A stretch of DNA of 63,602 nucleotides, filler included, from Candidatus Tectimicrobiota bacterium (GTDB lineage Bacteria; JACPSX01): assembly GCA_016193065.1 (NCBI GenBank). It is 8 parts of 8 records of this genome, joined end to end, with 100 filler letters (N's around TTAATTAATTAA, not from the genome) between each part and the next. Parts side by side here need not be neighbours in the genome. Positions count along the whole stretch, not along the records: positions 58,090 to 63,602 come from JACPSX010000099.1; 7 more parts are not named here. One strand, written 5' to 3'. The position numbers were made by a program, and so were the translations under genes. A model generated the notes under the pieces. It had not been told where the DNA came from. It saw only the letters and a list, made by a program, of their open reading frames with translations, and searched no databases. Positions 59,362-63,602 of the stretch are shown here, piece after piece (positions within the stretch are counted from its first letter, which is position 1; each line of letters begins with the position of its first letter).

Positions 59362-61835
59362 TCACTGAAGAGCATCCACCGTTCTCCGCTGGAAGGATGC
59401 TCGCCGTCCAGATCCCCCAGTTTGTCGGGATCCACCTCGTTCACCAGCGCATACTTGCAGGCAAAGCAGAACGGCACGTACTGCACGGGCTGCACGGATT
59501 CTTCCACGTCTCCCGTGAACACGGTAAAATCCACCGGGGTTGTCCCGGAGACGTTCGAAACACTGGAATCCCTCATTCGGCACGTTCCGCCGGGCCGATA
59601 GGCTTTATGATTGAACTCGCCGCCTCCGTCATACACCCCTATGGTCGACGGTTTTCTCAGCTTTCGCTTGATCCCCTTCGGCTTCGTTTCACCGTAATTT
59701 TCTTCCGAAGGGTCTTTTTTCCATCCGAAGGGCTCCCCCTTTTGCTTCAGGTGCTCATACACTTCCGAGGGGATGACCATCAGGATGACTTCCTCCCCGC
59801 CCTGCTGTTCCGTCATCGGGACATAGAGAACGTCCCCCGCTTCGATCTTGTAATCCATGAAATCCAGCGTGCCGTCCTGGCGCTTCAACCGGTAGCTCCC
59901 CGGGGAGGCGCCCGGCTGGAGCTGCAGCGGGCCGATGTCGTAGAAGTCTCCCTCGAGCTCCCCGCTGCCGTCGAAGCGATAATTGATGTCGCGCTTGCGC
60001 AGGTAGGCCGACCCGGACTGGGAGGCCAAAGAGTCCCAGGTCGTGGTCCTGTCCGTATCCAGCGTGATCTCCATCTCATCGGAGGACACCGCACTCGGCG
60101 CGTCTTTCAAAGGCGCACTCAAACCTATTCTCTTCCACTCGCTCCATTTGACCTTGTCGATGTCGATCAACTCCGGATCGCCCGGATCTTGAAGAATGTA
60201 ATGGTGGGTAACGTTCGTCATCCCCTCGATCGTTTCCTGAGACGGCTTGTCCTTTTCCTGCAGCTCGTAGCGGAACGAGTGACCTTCCGCCTCATACTCA
60301 TCTCCGAGATGAAGAGCGTGTCCCAATTCATGGGCCAATGTGGAGGCGACGCGGTCGATGTGAATTCCCTTCTTCGTGAACCGGCCTCCCGCCAGCTCGA
60401 TGGTCATTTCTTCCGGTTCGTGGTCCAATCCCGCGCCCTTTCCGGTTTCTTGCAGGTTGGCGAAGCGGCCGTCCCCGAGCGTCACCTTGACGCTGCTGCC
60501 GCTGCTGGTCCCTCCCCGCCGGTTGTCATTCACCAGAAGGCACACCAGTCTCCGGTCCTCCGTCCCCGCCGCCCATAGCTGTCCGGGAGTGATGGTCACC
60601 CCGTTGCTCCTGGCCGGATTGTTCGCCAGGGAGTTGAGGTACTTGGTCAGAAAACCACCCGAATCCCATTCCTGGGGCATTCTTCGCCGGTCTTCGCGAA
60701 TCGATTTCATTTCGGCCTGCGGCGTGTACCAGCCTTCGGGGTCCAGTTGCTCCGCTTCGCTGAAAAGCCGGGTCGAAACCCGATCCCCGTGCCTCAGCCC
60801 GTACATGAGCCCGAACACCGTGTCCTTTACCTGAAGCAATGGAACGTCGTCCGTAAGGCCGCTGACGTACCGCCACGGGGTTCCCGTGGACGACACAGGA
60901 ATCCCGACGGAAATCCCTCGCTCCGGAGAAGGGTCAAACGCCTTCCAGACGTTGAACCTGTCCTTCAAGTGCTGAAACGGGGAATTGCCGGGCGAATAGA
61001 ACAACCGGTCCGTGAGCAGCAAAACGAGATTGTCGAACAAACTCCGGTCGCTCTCGCCGAAGCCTTCCGACAGAAACAGGATATTCCTCCGTTCATTGAC
61101 GTCGCCGGAACCGTGCACGAGCTCCACCAGGGAGCGTGTGGTCATTCTGTCAATGGAATACACCCGGATCCTGTCCTCCAGGCCCCCGTATTTGACCTCC
61201 AGCATCAGGCCTCCTGCGTCCGGAGTTTCCGGCGTATCGATCGGCTCGGCCAAAGCCCGCGCCACCAAGCGGCCCTTATCGGTAAGGTTGTTTACGTTTA
61301 CGACTCCGGGTGCGCCGCTGGAGAACTCCAGGTAGGGATGCGAAGTGACGTCTCCGATGGAATCGTCGTCGAACCTGGCGTACACGGTGGCGCGATAATC
61401 GCTTTCGCCCCCCTCGCCCGAGGAGGGGATGTACTTCTCGAAGATCTGAATCGTGATCTGATTATTGCCCAGCCACAACTCCCGGATCGCCGTATGCACC
61501 TTGACGCGGACGAGGATCTCGTGAGCCGCGGGTTCGCTGCCGCTGCGGTCCACGTGCCTGATTCGCACCATGGAAGTCCCGACGCCCACGGGCGCAAGTT
61601 GTATGTAGCCCCCCGCATCCGCTTTCTTTTCCGCCGAAACGACGGCGGCGTTTTCCACGTGGACTTCGGTGTCGGCATGGTTTGCATAATTCTCGGTGGA
61701 GTAATCGGTTTCCTCGGCGCCGTCCACGGTTGTCTTCTGCGACACGGTGGCCAGGAGCTTCAGCTTCATGGGAGACCCGTACGTCAGCAGATGTACGTCA
61801 CACGTGGGGTACAGGGTGAAATATTCCACCGTCAC
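59358..61835 (-). CDS. M64 (IgA peptidase)-like zinc metallopeptidase with N-terminal Ig-like region
   Basis: NILFLSEGF, LAHELGHALHLGDEY, GVYDGGG...YRP...CRMR and FCFAC; SD GGAGGAG before GTG 61835. Confidence 0.75.
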   Translation of the reverse strand: MTVEYFTLYPTCDVHLLTYGSPMKLKLLATVSQKTTVDGAEETDYSTENYANHADTEVHVENAAVVSAEKKADAGGYIQLAPVGVGTSMVRIRHVDRSGSEPAAHEILVRVKVHTAIRELWLGNNQITIQIFEKYIPSSGEGGESDYRATVYARFDDDSIGDVTSHPYLEFSSGAPGVVNVNNLTDKGRLVARALAEPIDTPETPDAGGLMLEVKYGGLEDRIRVYSIDRMTTRSLVELVHGSGDVNERRNILFLSEGFGESDRSLFDNLVLLLTDRLFYSPGNSPFQHLKDRFNVWKAFDPSPERGISVGIPVSSTGTPWRYVSGLTDDVPLLQVKDTVFGLMYGLRHGDRVSTRLFSEAEQLDPEGWYTPQAEMKSIREDRRRMPQEWDSGGFLTKYLNSLANNPARSNGVTITPGQLWAAGTEDRRLVCLLVNDNRRGGTSSGSSVKVTLGDGRFANLQETGKGAGLDHEPEEMTIELAGGRFTKKGIHIDRVASTLAHELGHALHLGDEYEAEGHSFRYELQEKDKPSQETIEGMTNVTHHYILQDPGDPELIDIDKVKWSEWKRIGLSAPLKDAPSAVSSDEMEITLDTDRTTTWDSLASQSGSAYLRKRDINYRFDGSGELEGDFYDIGPLQLQPGASPGSYRLKRQDGTLDFMDYKIEAGDVLYVPMTEQQGGEEVILMVIPSEVYEHLKQKGEPFGWKKDPSEENYGETKPKGIKRKLRKPSTIGVYDGGGEFNHKAYRPGGTCRMRDSSVSNVSGTTPVDFTVFTGDVEESVQPVQYVPFCFACKYALVNEVDPDKLGDLDGEHPSSGERWMLFSE

Positions 61836-62180
61836 GGGCGGGCTCCTCCGTTGAGCGCGTCCCCTTTGCCGGACGCCTCCCCCGCGCCACCCGGAATTGC
61901 AATCGTGGCATACCCGGAAAACAAAACCAGCAGGTGGACTCCCCTCCGGAAGCACCCGCCGGTCTGGTTCGTCAGTTGCCTCACGCGCGCATGCCCCCCC
62001 TCAAGGATGGCTCGCATCTGCAGAGCAAATCCGCCCAGGTTTTACGCCCAATAAAGGCTCAATTTGCTCTCCGCCGCCCTCCCCTGTCAAGCACAAAAGC
62101 TGCTGGTTCAAATCGGCGAGTGCGAAAGACTAAACCGGGTCCGATTTATGTCATCCCCGACAACCGGAAGCTCATAGGCG

Positions 62181-62840
62181 TTAGGAGGCGGCCCAGTAGC
62201 CCCACACTTGACTGATGAGGAAAAGGGCGGCGGCGCTGAAAGCACTTGTGAGTGTAACGGGTTTATCTCGCATGCTGGCGTCCCACCAATCATCTCGTTC
62301 CAGGTTCAGCAAAGGCTGCTCCTCCATCTCGAGCTTTCGACCGACGATACGTGCCTCAACTCTGATGGAGGAGGCCATGGCGATCCTCGAGGGTGCGCCA
62401 CAGATTAGGAAGACGAAATATTGCAGCGGAACCACGAAGAGAAGCCAGCCAATCGCCGCGATCACGAATACGACAATCAGCGGGAGTCCCGCGAGAAACT
62501 CCAAGGCAGAAAGCGGAACCTCACGGTTCTTCGAACGGAGATGAGCGCCAAACACGTCTATGGGGAGACCGGCAACTTGCAGGCAAGCACCTGCAAAATC
62601 GTATGGGTTTGCGGAGACCAGGCTTGGGTTCTTGTCCAGCTCACCCCAGGCTGCACCGAAGGCGGCTGTGGCAAGCGCAATAATAGGACCCGCATCCACA
62701 TACCATCGCACGTAGTCAAGACCGAAAAGTTCTCTGAAGATCCAGCGATTCAGAAAACAGATGGCAAGCAAAACCACTAACAATAGGAAGCCCGCCAACC
62801 GTCGCCGCTTGGCAAGAATTGCAGAAACTTTATGATTCAT
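62181..62840 (-). CDS. Hypothetical membrane protein
   Basis: SD AGAGGAG; several hydrophobic segments. Confidence 0.65.
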   Translation of the reverse strand: MNHKVSAILAKRRRLAGFLLLVVLLAICFLNRWIFRELFGLDYVRWYVDAGPIIALATAAFGAAWGELDKNPSLVSANPYDFAGACLQVAGLPIDVFGAHLRSKNREVPLSALEFLAGLPLIVVFVIAAIGWLLFVVPLQYFVFLICGAPSRIAMASSIRVEARIVGRKLEMEEQPLLNLERDDWWDASMRDKPVTLTSAFSAAALFLISQVWGYWAAS

Positions 62841-62972
62841 TGGGAAGACTCCTCTGGCGGTGAGGCTTGGTATCGAAAGGAAAGCTGCCGATTTCCGGTT
62901 CGCGTATTCTAATCCGTCATCATCCGGCAGCACAACGGACTTTTTCGCGCTGGCAGGAGGCTGAAAACCCTT

Positions 62973-63021
62973 CCGTTCACTCCTTCGACCGGGTAGCCGG
63001 CTTCCGGGTGAGGACGAACGG
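62973..63021. repeat. REP-like unit carrying a GGGTACCC-type insert
   Basis: CCGTTCACTCCTTCGAC-[CGGGTAGCCGGCTTCCGGGTG]-AGGACGAACGG. Confidence 0.6.
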
Positions 63022-63058
63022 AGGAGGCTTGATATGATTGATCATTTTTCACACGGGA

Positions 63059-63484
63059 TTACCACCCGGCGACGTCCTTGACACCCGTCATCCTCGTCGG
63101 GTGCACTCTCACGAGCACCTCTCCCTGGGCACTGTTTCTCTTGCCATAGGCCTCCGCCTGGCTCCCCGTGTACCTGCCGGCGATCCGGGTAGCCCAGTAG
63201 AGCAGATCCCCGGGGACCTCCGAAAATTCCGCAGTCCCCTCGATCTGGACATAGGCAAACGGAGGCCTTTCGTCGTCGACGCAGATGCAGACTCTTGGAT
63301 CGCGCCGCATGTTCTTCGCCTTCACGGATTCATGCCAGGTCGTGAAGACAAGATCCTCCCCGTCTAGAGCGAACCAGATGGGAACCACGTTCGGGGGTCC
63401 GTCCTGCCGCACGGTGGCGATTTTCCCAGTGCGGGTCCCCTCCCGCAGAAAGTGCCTGCATTCGGAGTCCGTCATCTTTTGCAT
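63059..63484 (-). CDS. PPOX-class (pyridoxamine 5'-phosphate oxidase-like, probably F420-dependent) oxidoreductase
   Basis: TGKIATVRQDG.P.VVPIWF and K.KNMRRDPRV.ICVDD..PPF. Confidence 0.88.
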   Translation of the reverse strand: MQKMTDSECRHFLREGTRTGKIATVRQDGPPNVVPIWFALDGEDLVFTTWHESVKAKNMRRDPRVCICVDDERPPFAYVQIEGTAEFSEVPGDLLYWATRIAGRYTGSQAEAYGKRNSAQGEVLVRVHPTRMTGVKDVAGW

Positions 63485-63602
63485 TGCTTCCCCTCCAGAG
63501 TTCGGCGGCGCCGTGGATGATACCCCGCTCGCAAGCCCAGGACCACTACCTCTGAAGCTCTTCTCTCCGGGCCACTTCCGGGGGAAGGATGAGAAGGGTC
63601 CA

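Noticed and set aside
63490-63602. Partial gene at the window end
   Set aside because: Too short to fix the frame or function

Overview
This window is not one continuous locus. It is eight contigs of a high-GC, apparently diderm bacterial draft or metagenome-assembled genome, joined by seven 100-nt N/TTAATTAATTAA linkers (7688-7787, 21307-21406, 25930-26029, 31886-31985, 48117-48216, 53483-53582, 57990-58089). Housekeeping content includes mfd-surA-pyrR-pyrB-pyrC-carA with a PyrR attenuator, cinA, a class II ribonucleotide reductase with tandem NrdR boxes, ald, dcd, nadK-recN, trpB2 and topA-trmFO, plus several accessory islets. The best novel candidate is an unannotated 29-codon gene (32015-32104) encoding a signal peptide followed only by DGGGG. 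It lies directly ahead of an orphan oligopeptide-binding lipoprotein and an NtrB-type sensor kinase, which are followed by a sigma54 promoter with enhancer and IHF-like sites, a small unknown ORF and a comEA-like gene. This is a possible peptide-pheromone signalling module. Other notable observations: a 21-nt palindromic element inserted in frame into Mfd and Ogt; a 1229-aa MTHFR / Cys-rich / methyltransferase-like fusion in an islet with duplicated leaders and a dcd 3' remnant; a MITE inserted into a REP palindrome; two microhomology-bounded deletions (nrdJ and a cupin gene); a toxin-antitoxin graveyard between topA and trmFO; and an M64-like peptidase coupled to a truncated DUF6603-like protein. 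No rRNA, tRNA or CRISPR array was seen. All calls are by eye from motifs; no database search was run.
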